Part shown: one piece after another, positions 44,549 to 60,766 of the stretch
Layout of the letters: the number at the start of each line of letters is the position of its first letter
How positions within the stretch are numbered: the stretch's first letter is position 1
Assembly (NCBI RefSeq): GCF_009914755.1
Contig: NC_060928.1
Origin: the human T2T-CHM13v2.0 reference genome, Homo sapiens
DNA: 64,000 nt
Strand: one strand, 5' to 3'
The notes under the pieces: generated by a model
The model's input: the letters and a program-made list of their open reading frames with translations, nothing else
Databases searched by the model: none
What the model was told of the DNA's origin: nothing
Translations under genes and position numbers: made by a program

Positions 44549-45888
44549 CAATGGAACTGAGGCAGGCTTGGGACACCAACTGTGGAGTTTATGTGAGAGG
44601 CTCTAAGGGCTCGTATTAGCTCCTGACGACCAGGATCATTAATTTCAGACCAAGTTTTAAGAGAAAAATCCTCTAGGCTGGAAGAGTGTGAAATAGGACC
44701 CACCCTTGTGTCCTTCCCTGAGATTCAAGCTGAACCTCAGGACATTCAGGGGGCTGTCACTGGAGCCAGAGACCCCTCGACCGCTGTCTCCTGAGAGCAT
44801 TTTTTAAACTCATGGCTTAGAAGAAAGGCTACAGAGTTGGCATAATAGGGAGATTGTTTGATGCAGTAATATTCTACTGTAAAGACCCTCCCTGTTGGAC
44901 TACATTAAGGATGGCATAGCTTATTTGTGCATTGGGCGAATATCACTAAATTTAGATTTAGAACTCACTGACCCTAGTTTGTTGGTTTCTTTTACCGCTA
45001 ACCCATCTCCTACCATTTTTTTTCAGTTTAAAAGTCTTTAAGCCTATATCAAGTCATTGACTCAAATCACTGAAGTCATCAGTTTTTGGGGAATCAGATA
45101 GAAAACATTGCTGCTGTTAAGAAATTAGAAGGATGCTGACTTCCTACGTGAATTGCAACTTCATAAAAACTTTGTAGGAGTATTTGCTTGGGAATTGGAG
45201 AAAAACAAGTATAAATTTATATCATTTAAGAAAAATGGTCCAGAGTTCAATTTATAAAGGAAGACTTGACCACAGGGCAAAGTTTGTTCTTATTTTAAAA
45301 TTAAATCAAAGCAGCACAAATTTTATTAAGCCTGTGCACTCACCAAATTGCTAACAATTGATGAGAAAAAAATGCATTTATTACAGCTTCACATATGACC
45401 AACAATTTTTCAACCATATATCATGAGAAATATAACAAAAATGGAATAAGAATTGGGCTAGTGGAAAAAAATCTGAGTTACAATTCTGTGCTTTATTTTC
45501 ATTGTTGCTGAATCTCAGTGTGTCTTGGTTTTCTCATCTGTAAAATGGAAATAGTCGTACTTATTTTAGGTTTGTTCATAAGATGAAGAGAACAACTTAG
45601 CACAATGTCAAGCACAGAGGAATTGCTTAAGTAATGCTTATTGTTGTTATTTTACTTTTTAAAAAATATATAACTAATATGGAACTGAAATAGCTTTCAA
45701 ATCAGCCAGGTTTTGAGAATAATGGGCCTACAGGTTTTTACCTTTAAGTATTGTTGATGTTACTGCAGGAATCAGATTTCTGAAGACTGTAATTTTATTT
45801 CATCACTTGATTGAGTACTCTTAGAATATAATTGTTGATTGCATGCTGAAGAAAGTTTAGAGAAAGTTTTTTTAATTGATCCATGTAA

Positions 45889-46092
<204 letters not shown>

Positions 46093-46614
46093 TAATACAT
46101 AGAAAGGGGGTAAAACAGAGAGAAAAAGACAGAAACAAACAAAATTTGGAAGGGCCTCTGCCTAGGGGTAAATGAGATGCAAAATGACAATTAAGGGGAA
46201 ATTAACTCTTCTAAATTGTCCCCTGTATCTTGACATAATTTTTTTAATTATAAATACATATATGCTACTTTATTGTGTTTGATTTGTGCAACACAGCAAT
46301 GGTTGGTCTTCAATGAAGTTTTGTTCCCAAGGAAGAAAGGGCGACTCTAAAGCAGAATATAAAGCTCATATGACTATACTTGTCTTTCAGGCAATGCACA
46401 GACACAGCTTACCAAATATAGCAGAGAGAGGTAACAGGAATTGGTGAGGACTGTGGCAAACTGGAGCTTTCAATGGAAAAAGGGCAGCTTCTACTCAGCT
46501 TGAGGCAACTGTTGCCATTTGGGAGGAGAGCTAGATATTTGCTAGGTTTAATTATTTATTTTTTGCTGATTTCTCATTTTTTTTCTTCTTGTTTTTGGCT
46601 AAAAGCTATAAAGT

Positions 46615-47075
46615 TGAATATATGTCTGCCTTGGCCACCATAACAAAGTGCAATAGACTGGGTAGTATTTTGGCTTAAGCAAAAGAAATTTATTTATCAT
46701 ATTCTGGATGCTGGAAATCCAAAATTGGGGTGCCAGTGTGGTTAGGTTCCAGTGAGGGCTCTCTTCCTTGCTTGTAGACATCCACCTTCTCTCTGTGTAT
46801 TCATACAGCAAAGAGGAGGGAGGAGAGATGGAGAGAGAGGGGAAAAGAGAGAGAGAGGAAGAGAAAGGAGAGAGAGGGAGATGGAGAGAGAGAGAAGGGT
46901 AGAGAGACCTCTGGCATCTCTTCTTCTAAAGACACTAATTCTATCATGAAGGCCTCGCTCCCATGTTATCTGACCCTAATTACCTCCCAGAGTCCCCAAC
47001 TTCAAGTACCATTCACATTAGGGATTGGGACATCAACCTATGAATTTGGAAGGGATGAAAGCATTCGGTCCATAA
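46615..47075 (-). mobile_element. MLT1A-type MaLR LTR with internal GA-rich expansion (about 46810-46907)
   Basis: cataacaaagtgcaatagactgggt...gtgagggctctcttcct...accctaattacctccc...catcaacctatgaatttgg...cattcggtccata. Confidence 0.82.
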
Positions 47076-48549
47076 TGTGGACTTCAAATATTTTTAAATG
47101 CTGGGTAAGTCAACAAACTCATTTCTATATCAGCAAGTGTTTATCTGGGCCAAAGTCATTGGTTTATGAACAGATAAATTCTACCTAATAGGCTTCAACA
47201 CATTTATCACTTTAAAATCACAGCACACACATCCACTTTAGAAATGTTGTCAAATGCTTATTCAGGGTGTCCAGTGTCTCCTGGGGAGGAAGAGGTGGAG
47301 AACAATGCACAGGCTCATGGTCCACTTTCTTGATTGGAGTAGAGAGAAAATCCAGGGTATGGAGAGAGATGAGAGATGAGGTGAAGCTGATGGGTATGAG
47401 GGAAGGCTTGAAGCCTGTGATCAATTTGATTCCAGCTGATTCAAGAGGCAATTGGGAACCACTACCTTGTTCTCAGGAGAGAAAATGCCAGGATAGCAAT
47501 TACAGGGACGAAAGATGATTCCTCTGACTGCATGTAGAATCAACTAGAGTAGGAAAAACCTGCAGAGAGAAAAGGCAGGTGGAGCCTATTGCCTGACAGT
47601 ATTCTCAGGACTGTGCCATGGGGAGAAATTATCCTGTGGCTTGCACATGCTGATTTCTGGCATGAGAATTTTCTTCTCTCTGCTCTCAGGCACCCTCTCT
47701 TCTCTGACTGAAAACCATAGGCTGTCCTGAAGTGTCACAGCCTCCATGAAGCTGTCAGGATGGTTATCACTGCTATCATTACCTTTACCAAACACTTACT
47801 ATGTGATTGGTTTCATATGGAGATCTCTCATATAATTCTCACCATATTTCCTCCCAGGGAAACAGAATTAGCATCTTCATGTGCTTGGATAGGAAACTGA
47901 GTAACAGTGAAGGAAAGTAAGTTTCCTAACATCTTCCAGGTACCAACTGATGGCCATGACTTGAACCCAAATCTGTTTGATTTCAGTTCCTGAGCAGCCA
48001 ATTAACATTCTACCTTCTTTGACTCCGCACAGCCAGAACTGCATATTCCTCTGTTCTAGCACTTACTGTGGATCTTGTAATTACCTGATTACACCTCTTT
48101 CTTTCCCCATGAAACTCTGATTTTCTTAAGAATGAAGAGTGGGGTGTATCTTTCTTTGTGTTCTCCAGAGATCCAGCTCAGTGACTGGCCCATGGTGGGC
48201 ACTCAGCCCACAGCAGATGAAAGTTACCAATAAATGCCCATGGGGCTGGTCTGAATCCAGTGCACTGAAAGGGACAAGTGGACACTGGCAATCAATGAAG
48301 CTGGAGGTAGAAGGAGCCCTGCCATTAAGTGAGCAGGCAGTTGCAGAGGAGCTGCTTTGTGGGCAATTTTTTTCCACATATCTGAAAAACTACTTTTGCA
48401 GGAGTTCATTCAGGACTCAGAAAGGAAGGCTAACATGTTTCTGATCTGAATCCCAGATCTTCAAGGCCATGGGACACCTTCAAGAATCTTCCCCAAATAT
48501 TGGGATGTATGGCTGTTTAGGGTTGAGTGGAAATGTTGCATGCAACTTA

Positions 48550-48770
48550 GGAGTAAGCTCTGTGGACAGACTGCCTGGGTTGTATTCCCAGCTCCTCGTC
48601 TTCCCAGCTGTGTCACTGAGGGCAAGCTACTTCACCTCTTCTTGTTCTCATTTTCTCATCTACACAATAGTTCTAATAACACAGCCTATCTCATAGCATT
48701 GTTTGGAAAATCAAGTGAGATAATACACAAAAAGGACTTAGAAAAATGCTATATACACATTATTAGTAGT
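48550..48770 (+). mobile_element. MIR SINE
   Basis: cagactgcctgggtt...cccagctc...gggcaagctacttcacctct. Confidence 0.7.
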
Positions 48771-50639
48771 ATTTTTGCGTTTCAAATCTCCTTGATAGAA
48801 AAAGCCACGGTTTGGGAACCAAGAAAACTGGTTTTTGGAGCTGATCAGTCCCATCCTGGGACACATTGACAAGTCCCTCTTACATGTGTTTGTGGCCCTG
48901 TTTCAAGTTATTGCCTCTGAAAGCCAATCCTAAGATATATGTATAATTTCATCGCCATCTCATCTGGAGAATGGGTTGTAAATTCCTGCCTTGTGTACTT
49001 CACAGGGTTAGAACTGAATGTGATCATGACTTGAAAGATGTTAACAGTAATGATCTTATTGCAATTATTATTATATTCATAAGTAGAATATTTCAAGAGC
49101 CATATGGCCTTAATTAATTATGGATAATAACCAAAGTCATTCTTCTAACCAGGAATAATGCTGGATGCTAAAAATAGCCTATAAACAAGGATGGAATACA
49201 ATGAAAAACCTGTGTGTGTGAGAAACAGAACTGTGTTTTCTGTAAGGCTGTGAAGCATGTTTTCACTCATTCTTCCCTTGTTTTACATGTCCCCTTTCTT
49301 CTTGCTCTCTTACTGTTCCAGCCTTGCCTGGCATAAATTTCCCTGAGGAATAGCAGCTGTTGGTGAATCACAAAAGATCATTGGCTGCTTACAGCTAATG
49401 AGCTATTTCATTTGCTATACTGCAGAAAACCCACCAGATCTTTCATGGCCAAGTCAGTTGTGGAGAAACACAAGCCCTTCCTGCCCTGGTGTACCCTTTA
49501 AACATTGTATATGGAGAAGCTGTGATGGCTAAAAGCTAAGACACAAAAGATCAACTTTCTCTAGCCCTAAACCCAGTCTTGATTTGCATCTATCCTTCCA
49601 AATATTCATTCCTCTTCCAGCCTTGGCACATGAGAAATTGTCAAAGATTTCTAAACAGGGCAAAAAACTAAAGAGTACTTAGGAAGTGTATCTCTTACCA
49701 ACGGGGAATTTTCTGTTAGAATTTAAATATTTAAATAAGGAGAAGGTACAACAGGTGAAGGTAGGCTTTCCCCAAAGAATTTCTTTCTTTTCCCAATTTC
49801 ATATGTCAAAGGAGCTTCTATGCTAGGAAAAAAAAGTATGAGAGAATGTACACCTTTACACACTCAATATAGTGTGTTGAATCATTAAAAAGGAAAAAAA
49901 GAAGGAAAAAAAGGAAAGGAAAGCAGAAAATTCAATAATCTTACAGTGGACGTCTCTCTTCCGATACGCCCCTCTGGAAAACTCTGGAATCTTTAATTAT
50001 AGCAACATGCCAGGAGGAGCTTCTCATTGTCTTTGGATCTCAAATGCAACTCTAGACAGAGCTCCCCAAGAGAGTGATAGATATGATTTTATTAGTTTCA
50101 GCAAGACACAGACATGGCTGTTCAGCAGAGACTTTCTTATAAGTCAGAAAGAAGGAAGATAGCAAAAATGCCCTCAGACAAATGGAGCTTCAGGCAGATT
50201 TTAGTAATGACCAGTGGAGGCTGGGGAGCCTGAAAGTTTAGTGCAGTTGACTCCTTTGAGGTTTTTGTTGTGTTTTGAGGGATTTTTTAAAGAGAAAACA
50301 TGAGATGATTATGAACCCTTTATCTTTCAATATACCTTAAAACTGCTTAACTGCTGCTGCTAATGGAAGATTCAAAGGAGAGACTTGAGACAGTTTTGAT
50401 TTAGCAGCTTACTTTTCTACCAAAAGCCGAGGTCCATGGATGCCTAGAGAAATAAAGGTTATTGTTTTGTAGTGTGCTTACCAGAAACACTAGTGACAGA
50501 AAGAAAACCTGTCCAAGTTCTGCTAGTTTGGGACAGATGGACTGTTTTCCACATTTGCTAGAAAACTTGGTGAAGTATCAGAACAGTGTTTTGCATATCT
50601 GTATTACACGCATTAGTACAGCAGTAAATAGCGGGTCCT

Positions 50640-51066
50640 GGTGTACATTTATGGCTAGCTCTCCACCGAAAATCTGTGGTCCCCTTGCATGAATGGGATT
50701 GTCACTGACAGGTAGCTGCCCTTCTAAAGGAACTACTCTGAAAGTCCCTTTTGCATTTTGTGGCCCTGTTTTAAGTTCTTACCAAAGGAATATAAGCCTA
50801 AGAATTATATGTCATTTCTAGATCTGAATTTTTAAACATGGGCATGTATCTCTACTCTCTTTTTCTACTTCCTCAGGCTGAAAGTCTAAGATCCCCTAAA
50901 TCTTAGGAGATGGCAGAGCTACAATTGAAAAGAGCCTGGGCCCCTGAATCATTATGTAGAGGAAAATCACTCACTGTCCAGAAACAGCTACATTGACCAG
51001 ATGCTACATAACAGATATTGACATTGTGAGGTTTGTTTGTTACAGCAGCTATCACTATCCTAATAC
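50640..51066 (+). mobile_element. Old MLT1 (J/H-like) LTR
   Basis: aagagcctgggcccctgaatc and terminal gtttgtttgttacagcagc...taataca. The 5' boundary is uncertain. Confidence 0.55.
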
Positions 51067-52528
51067 ATTACTTTTGTATATAAGCTCAATTATGGTATTT
51101 TTGCTTAACACAAATATTCAATTAAGCTCATATGGTAAAAAAATGTAAAGCAAATCAGTTCAACAAACAGGTGTCAATGCTAAAGGCTGTCCAGGACTGA
51201 GGGTGAGAATCTGCCGGTATGGTCTCGAGCTTTCTTGAGATAGAGAAGAGTTAAAGACTGGGCAGATGCAGGCACAATTACTATACACTAAGACCTTTGA
51301 CTCCACACTTCACTCTTAAAGGTGGCTGCAGTTACCACTATGTATCAGGGAGTGGGTTTCTGTCCCTTATAGGATTTACGAAGATTCTTTGAGCAAAGGA
51401 CTTTAATCAATGTCAGTGCTTCTAGGCATACAGTGACTACAAGTTTTGTACCTAAACCATGTTGGTTCCCTTCCTTTGGGAAAATGATCTTAAACTTCTG
51501 CTGGCCTGTACAAAACAAAACAAAACAAACAAACAAACAAAAAAAAAACGGAACTACATGGGACTCGCTGATAAACTGGTATTGATTTTCACAGATCATC
51601 CTTGTCAAAAGGATTTATTGATGTGTCAATGCATGTTGTCGAGTGGATCATAGCAGGATGGCTTTGAAGGATTTATAAGAAATCTACAGGCTTTAATACA
51701 CTCGGCGGTAAATAACTAACAAGTACTGCACATATTGATTCTTTTCATGTGGTCAATGCAATCTTTAGCCCACTAATTGTCAGTATTGACAAACAGTTCA
51801 TGATCTAAATGAGCAGCTGGACATCCGTTCTGAGTGGAATGCTTCCAAATGGCATTTTCCTTGCTGTTCTCAGCCTAATGTTCATGGAGCAGCCTTGCAG
51901 GTAATCAGCTCTAGGCAGAGGGAAATGTGTGGTAATTAATTCTTCCTTGCTGTCAAATGCTACTATAAAGGGAGAGGGGAGGGAGGAAGAGTCCAGTCAC
52001 GGTGCACAAGTCTGGCACCCAGTTCCATGACACATGTACAGCAATATCCTTCAACATGACCCATCTCAAATGCATCTTCCTAAAAGAAACCCTCCAAAAT
52101 CATCCTACCCACGGGGGTCCCTACAATCTCAAACTCTACCTCATTCCAGACACCTAATCACACATTATCTATGTTGAACTTTATTAATTTATCTGTTTAT
52201 GTTTTCTATTTTGTTATGGCTAAATCTCAGTTTTTCAATTGTATATGAGCTTCTTAAATTTGAGGGAAGATAAGGGTAGTTGTGATGGATCTATTTGAAA
52301 AGATGATGAAAAAGCTATTAATACTGTCCTTAGAAAGATGAACAGCTATCAAATCAGTAAAAGGTTTTCAGGGGGGTTCACGGAAGATCCAGGGGGTCTA
52401 TGAACACCCCAAACAGGAATTGAGCTGGGGTTCAAATTCCAATATTATTACCTTCCATTAAGAGTGTAACCTCTCAGTCTTAAACTTTTCAGTCTACTCA
52501 TTCTTAGTGTAAGAATAATCAGTTATAG

Positions 52529-52771
52529 CAACAGTCCCCAACATTTTTGGCACCAGGGACAGGTTTTGTGGAAGACAATTTTTCCACAGACTGGTGGGGG
52601 GTGGTGGGTGGATTCAGGGTGAAACTGTTCCACCTCAGATCATCAGACATTAGGTTCTCATAAGGAGCACACAATCTAGATTCCTTGCATGTGCAGTCCA
52701 TAATAGCGTTTGCACTCCTTTGACAATCTAACGCCGGTATCAGTCTATGGCCCGGGGGTTAAGGACCCCTG
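52529..52771 (+). mobile_element. MER1B (internally deleted) inserted in a MIR
   Basis: caacagtccccaacatttttggcaccagggac...ggcccgggggttaaggacccctg; 8-bp TSD AGTTATAG/AGTTACAG. Confidence 0.88.
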
Positions 52772-54215
52772 AGTTACAGCACAGGTTTGTTAAAAGGATT
52801 AAGTGAACTGATTCATGGGATGTGCTTTGCACACTGTGCCTTCAGGGTATCTGGGTTTATATTTCCTTTCATTTTGCAAACACTTATTGAGCACTAATCA
52901 GGAGTCACATGTGGTCTCATTGCTATGTCCCATGGTTAATTCACCCAAAATACCAAGCAGATACCTCACTTAGTATATTTACTCAGTTGATGCTTTCTGT
53001 CAGATTGATTAGGATTCTTACACTGGATAGAACCACCTTTGAATTATTCTACTATATTGGTTTTAATCAAGTATTCACATATTGCTATGACTAAACTTGG
53101 ACTAAACTTCAATTCTCTGTGGTATACTCATTCAACTTGAAATAAACCTTTTAGGGAAAGGGCATTTACTAGACCCGATTTTCTACAATGATCATTTAAT
53201 CTGTCATTTCTGTGGAATTGTGTTACACTGTAAATGTAGTTTATCTAACCCCAAATGTATATCTGCTCCCCCTTAAACATATTAATTGAATTTAGTAGAA
53301 TAACTATTTTGTTCCTATTACAATACAGACACACGTGTCAACTTATCTCTATCTCTGCTGTAAAACATTACGTTCTCCATTGGGGAAGACTACTATAAAA
53401 ATGCGGTTAGTAAATGCTGGTAAAAAGAGTGAAGCCAGGATATGCACATGTATATTTGATACTAGAAAGCACTTTCTTAGACTTGGAAGACTGACTATAC
53501 AGACAGAAGGACTATTATATTGTTCTGGTTAACAAAATTATCAGAGCTCATTTATAGGATTGTGGACATTTTTCCAAATATTTTTTTCCATTATTTGTCT
53601 TCTAAGCCTTCAATCCTGCCCCATCAAATCTTTATCTCTATTTGGCTACAGGGAAATTTACATTTATCACAAATAAGATATCTTGCACTCTATTACCTGG
53701 ATGAAGTCTTCTATCCCGTCCTTTATAATTTCTCACTGTATTTTCTGATAATTGAGGTTTAGCACATTGATATTAGCAAAGCATAGAGCTTCGGCATCTG
53801 GAGACAATGACTGACACTCCATTGTCAGAGATGTAGCTTCTTAAGGAAGTGACAGCCTGTCTGATCTTACCACTGTCTCCAATGTCCAATTATCACCAGC
53901 CATTTGGGTGAGTGACAAGATATCAAGGGGAAATTCTTTCTAGATTACTTTCTCCCTCCTTTCCTTTTTCTCTTAACACAGGAAGGGCTCATTATGATCT
54001 AAGAGGCACAGATATTAATTCTGTAGTAGTAGTTAAAGTTTTAACCTACGGTTGCTTGTTTTGTTCCCCTAAATTCAAATCTGATAAGGTCATCTGTCCA
54101 CCGGGGGAGATACCACTCTTCTCTGACGCAGGGTTTAATATCTTTCAGCCCTACAGCTCTGACCCTCAGGGAAAACAAAAGCAAAAGTGATAAATACTTG
54201 AGGCTGGAATCAATG

Positions 54216-54219
<4 letters not shown>

Positions 54220-54246
<27 letters not shown>

Positions 54247-54257
54247 CTGTGTATTAA

Positions 54258-54305
<48 letters not shown>
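54220..54305. repeat. (TA)n...(TG)n compound microsatellite
   Basis: Direct reading. Confidence 0.96.
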
Positions 54306-54307
<2 letters not shown>

Positions 54308-54603
54308 TTAAACTTAGGAGAAAACAGAAAGGTTAACTACTCCAAAGTCTTTGGCTTTAGAAAATAAGTTGATTGTGATGGGACTGGAAAGATTAATTAA
54401 AGAGAACAAGAATATAAAAATAGTGTGATATTTCATTATTATGAAAATGCACAACGATAATTGTATTCACCAGAAGCTTTCTTCCAAGAAACGCTAAATA
54501 TTATGCCAACATTTCCTCATTAATCTTCTAAGATGGCGAAAAAACAAAAATTAACATTTAAATATTACCAATGGGACACAGAGCTAGAGAAAGATGTTGA
54601 TGA

Positions 54604-54966
<363 letters not shown>

Positions 54967-55498
54967 TAACTAACAATAGGGTTTTTGTGGGGATTAAGTG
55001 AGTAGGACATAGAAGAAGTCTTCAATGAGAGCCCAATGCATAGTGAATACTCAGTAAATACGAGACAATATTATTATTATCTTTAGAATACTTGATGCAA
55101 ATGAGAGAAAGTCACCTTTATATGTTTTCTGGAGCTTCAACACTCAAGAGAGGAGTCAACCTCTCAATTCCATTCATCAAACACCTCCTGCACAAAAATC
55201 TGTAAGAGTATTCTGCATTTATATGATATTTTTCATTTACAAAACACTCTTAGATACATTATCTTCTACAGTCCCCCCAACTGTCTGGTGAGGTAGAGAA
55301 CTCAAAGTTACCAAGTTTAATAAGCAAGACAGTGAGGGGACCAGAGAGGATGACACACCCAAGCTCACCAGCAAGTTAGAGGCCAAAACAAACTCAATTT
55401 CATTAATTATGGAGTTATTTCCATCTGCAATAGACATATCTGTTTGTTTTGTTCGTTTGGGCTTTGGCGGGTAAAGGGGCTACCCACAGGGATACTGA

Positions 55499-55810
<312 letters not shown>

Positions 55811-57555
55811 AGGGATACTGTTTTTCTAACAGCCCTGTGATTTTGCTTCTGGAAAATTACCTTTGCTTAGTGTGCACAGGCCAGGTTGGGAAATGAACCA
55901 AGCTACCCGCGGAAGCTGAGGGAGTCCTGTGGCTACTCGTCTGTTCCAGGGCAACCATGTGTCAATAGCAGAACCTAGATTCAGACAGTTGGATTCTCTC
56001 TCCTGTGACTTTGAATCTTGAATAGCAGGACACAAGTTCAGAAGAAAAAAATGGTTTCCATCTAGAGACTGCAATTGAATAAAACCATGAAATCATTTTT
56101 GCTGCTAAATCCTATCTGCTCGTTCCCAACTCCCCCAAGCCTGATTCTTCAGCCTCCCTGCCCATTATATGAGCAACCCTGTAATCCTCCAATAATTTAT
56201 GTTCTGGCTCAAGTTAACAGGAGTCACATTCTGTTTTCTGCAACTTAAGAGCCCTAGCTGATGCAACAATATAGACAATGTGTCCATCAACAGAGATATT
56301 GAGAGCTTTTCAATTGCTAGCTGCTATGCTAGAAATTATGGTTTGGAATATGACCAGGATGAAAAGATTATAAGCACCTAAGAGAGTTTTTAAAAAAGGG
56401 GATATGACAAAGTGCTAGAATCAGGGGGTACAAAGTGATAGGCATCAGAAAACAGGCAAATCAGAGTTATTTGGAGAAACAACAAAACTTCCTGGGTCCT
56501 GAAAATAGAGTGAGATTTGCAACCTTTCTTTTTCGAACTTGCAGAAGTTGGAAGAAAAAAACATTAGTGCTCCATTCAAAAGCAAAAGTATCTTCCTTTT
56601 AATAAACAATGCCCGATTTATGGAGAAGAGCATTTGGGGAAACACAATTCTATGTATTCACATCATTCAAATGCAGTAATTTACTTATTTGTTCACATCA
56701 ACTCTGAAAATAATCACAAAGCAGGAGAGCATGAACTTTAATAAACATTTTTAATTGCAAGTCCAAGGCAAAGTATTGTGTTTTTCATTGCATTAATCAG
56801 GTTTGCCATTGGGAAGACAGTGTAAAATCCCACTGGATTTAGAACCAGGTTTTCCAGCTGAAAGCTATAATAATACTGTGTTGATCACAATTTTAACCAG
56901 GCCAAATACTTCAGATTAAAAGTCTACCTCTAAACTATCCCTGAAACTAGTGACATTGTCAGGGTATGGGGAGGTGTGTGTGGAGGACATAGAAGAGCCT
57001 CTTTTAATTGTTTCTCCTAGATCCAAGGTTTACACAATCCAAATTTCACTGGAGTCTTAATTACCCCTGAGTTTCTGTTGAAGCTAGAGTAAATCCAAGA
57101 CACTTCCATCTAAGGTTATGTGGTGTTTATTGAAATCTAGTACCCTTTCCAGTGAATCCTCTATTTTTCACAAGCACTGATTTGTAAGATCCTCTGACTA
57201 CAGGACCTTTGAATAGGCTGTAGTCTGTCTTACAGCCTTTTCCACCTCTCCTCTTCCTACCTACAGAACCCACTCTTCAAGTCTCAAGACAAAGTCACTG
57301 AATTAGGGAAGAATCCCTTTAAGAAGCTCTCAGTACTAGATTCCAGTTCCCCCTCTCACAGCTCCCCTAGGTTTCTGCTCGTAAGATGACAAAGTTGTGA
57401 CTGTATGCTGACATGATTATTTTATTAATGATTGTTGCTCAGCTGAACTGTCAGCTCTGAAAGAACAGTGACATGTGGTCTTTCCATTGTATCATCTTCA
57501 CTGAAAGGAAATAAATAAACAAATGAAGAGTTCTAATATATTTGGCTTAAAATCA

Positions 57556-57866
<311 letters not shown>

Positions 57867-58026
57867 TCCTATTACTTCCAAAGGCTATGCAAATGCTGTA
57901 TGTGTGGATATCCATGGTATTAATACATATTACTTATCAATATATAAACACATAGCAATGCATTTCCCAAGTTCAAAAACGCCTTTGTCATGAATCACTT
58001 TTCTTCAATTATATCTTCATTTTTAG

Positions 58027-58350
<324 letters not shown>

Positions 58351-59264
58351 TTTAGTTCTTATTTTCTCTGACAACAGCTTCTAACTCATCCTGTTTTCTT
58401 TTTTGTCCTTCACAACAAGAAGGGCACAGCCAAATCTCATTCTCTTGCAGTCTTTTATTTCTTTGTCTTTATATATATAGTCTCAATTTCCCATTTCTCT
58501 CTCTAGTTTTTCAAACTTTTTGTCTACATATCCTTTGTGGTGCATACCACCTTAAGTAGAAACATTCAGTCCCTCATCTGTATGTCATCTGCGCCCTGTA
58601 CTTATATCTGTTCTTGCACCCCCCACCCTGTATTATTTTTATTGGCTTCAGTATTGCATCGCCAACAAGACCATGAGCTCTTTGTGGGGGGAACAGGCCC
58701 TGTGAAGGAGTTGCTAGAAGTTGCCATTTTTGAGCACAATACCAGGCATGTAACGCACTCTTAGTAAATATTTGTTCAACTAAAATGCTTCAAAACATAT
58801 TTTTGTAAAGGATCGATGTATCAATGGCTCTAATTCTAAATCTTGAACTTTACGACACTTAATCTTACTGTTTCATTTTCCCAGCTCGACTTCCTACTCT
58901 CTCCTGATAGAGAGATATAATTCCTATTCTCCCCAGTCTTCCGCATGATTTGATGTCACAAATATGATTAATGTGCTACTCAACCTCTTGTCCACCTCAC
59001 TAATGTTAAAGAACAGTGGCCCTGCTACTAAATGCCATTCTGACAAATGTCCTGTCTCTTTGCCCTTTGTTTACAATTCTTTATCTCTTTTAAGCCCCAT
59101 GGGGATATTCATTCCTAAGGCCAGTTTGAATTAATTTTGCAAGTCAGATTTCAAGAGACCTGGAATGTAGAGCAAAGCCCTGCTCACAATCCAACAGCAG
59201 TAAAACCCAATCCTCTGAGCTGTAATCTAAGTCAGTGTTCAAATATATATTTCTTTGCTGTAGA

Positions 59265-59490
59265 ATAATAATAATTGCATAGTGCTTTCTATGTGGAAGG
59301 TCCTGTTCTAAGTACTTTCTGTGTACCAGTATTGACTTTCTTTAATCCTCAAAGTAATCATATAAGGTGGGTATAATAATTATCTCCACTTTAAAGATGA
59401 GGAAGCTGAGGTATAAATCAATTAAGTATCGAGCGCAAGGAGTCAATCAAGTGAGTCTTGCTCCAGAATTTGTATCATGCTGCCTCTAGG
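59265..59490 (-). mobile_element. MIR SINE
   Basis: ttatctccactttaaagatgaggaagctgagg. Confidence 0.7.
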
Positions 59491-59524
59491 AAACTGCTTA
59501 CTTGAACTATTTGTAACAACTTGA

Positions 59525-60085
59525 GTGTTTCTGGTTATCTATTCTTGCATAAAAAAATTAAAAAAAAATTACCCCAAAATTTTGGTAGCCTAAAACAACA
59601 ATTATATTCCTAAATTTTATAATTAGGTGGGTCAATGGGTTGGCTAAGTGATTCTCTGCTCCATGTAGCATCATATGGGTTTAAACTAGGTGACGCTCAG
59701 CCTGATGGGAGGAGGGTGGCTGGGCTGACCTAGACAGTCCTTGAGACTCTCCACATGCCTGGCCCCTCAAAGGGGATAACTGGAAGGCCGGGCCTCTGCT
59801 GAACCTCTCTCTTTCTCTGTGTAGTACCACAATCTCCCCACATGGTTCCTTAGCAGGGTGGTTACACTTCTCACAAGGCTCAGTACTCCAATGGATCAAG
59901 GTGAAAGCTATCAGTCTACTTAAAGACTAGAGATAGAGCTGGCAGTGTGTCACTTTCACAGCCTGCAGCACATTCTTACCCAACACAGCCCCACTCCAGG
60001 CAGAACGCAAAGAGAGGGGAAATGGACCACATTCTCAATGGGAGAACTGTCAATGAATCTGTGATCATCCTACTCTGCCACACCA
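59525..60085 (-). mobile_element. Old MLT1-type LTR
   Basis: ttatctattcttgcata...accccaaaat...taaaacaacaa...ttctctgctccatgtagcatc...gcagtgtgtcactttc. Confidence 0.6.
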
Positions 60086-60732
60086 GGTATTATAGAGAAA
60101 GTTAACATTCTGGCAATTGAGTCAAAATACAATATTTTGAATTTGTTGATCATTTGTTGTTCTTTATTTTCCTTCATTGACTTCTTTTATAAGTAAAATA
60201 GAAGAACGTGAGCCAGGAATTATGTTAGGCATTTCATTCCTGTTGTCTCAATGACCACCTACCAGGGCTATGGTGAGGCTTGTTACGATGAGGGTTTAAA
60301 TCCCTCTATAAAAAATAAGTACAGTAAGGCTTAAAGAGGTTAGAGAATCTACCCAATGAAGCACCTGGATTCAGCTCCAAGAAGGATGTTGTATATATTT
60401 TTTCTCTTTGACTAAACTGTAGTTTCTTCTTATTGTATAGGACCATTGATGGGGATAAAGACAGTATGTTAACTATCACACTCAATTTCAAGACAGGGTT
60501 ACTTGAATTTAGTATGAGCTAGGCAGTGTTGCTGCTCTCTCTGGATTTTGGTCTTCCAATCTATAGAGTAAATGGTTTGGGCCAGATTATTGTTTTCTGA
60601 ATGTGACTTGAAATCAGTGTATTGTATAAAGGCAAAGCCAACATTTTTTAAACAAAGTAATAGAAAGTAAAGTACATCTCATGCAGAAAGAATGAGTATT
60701 GCTTGTGAATCTTTCGTTTCAGTTGTGGTTGC

Positions 60733-60733
<1 letters not shown>

Positions 60734-60764
<31 letters not shown>
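60734..60764. repeat. (TG)15 microsatellite
   Basis: Direct reading. Confidence 0.95.
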
Positions 60765-60766
<2 letters not shown>

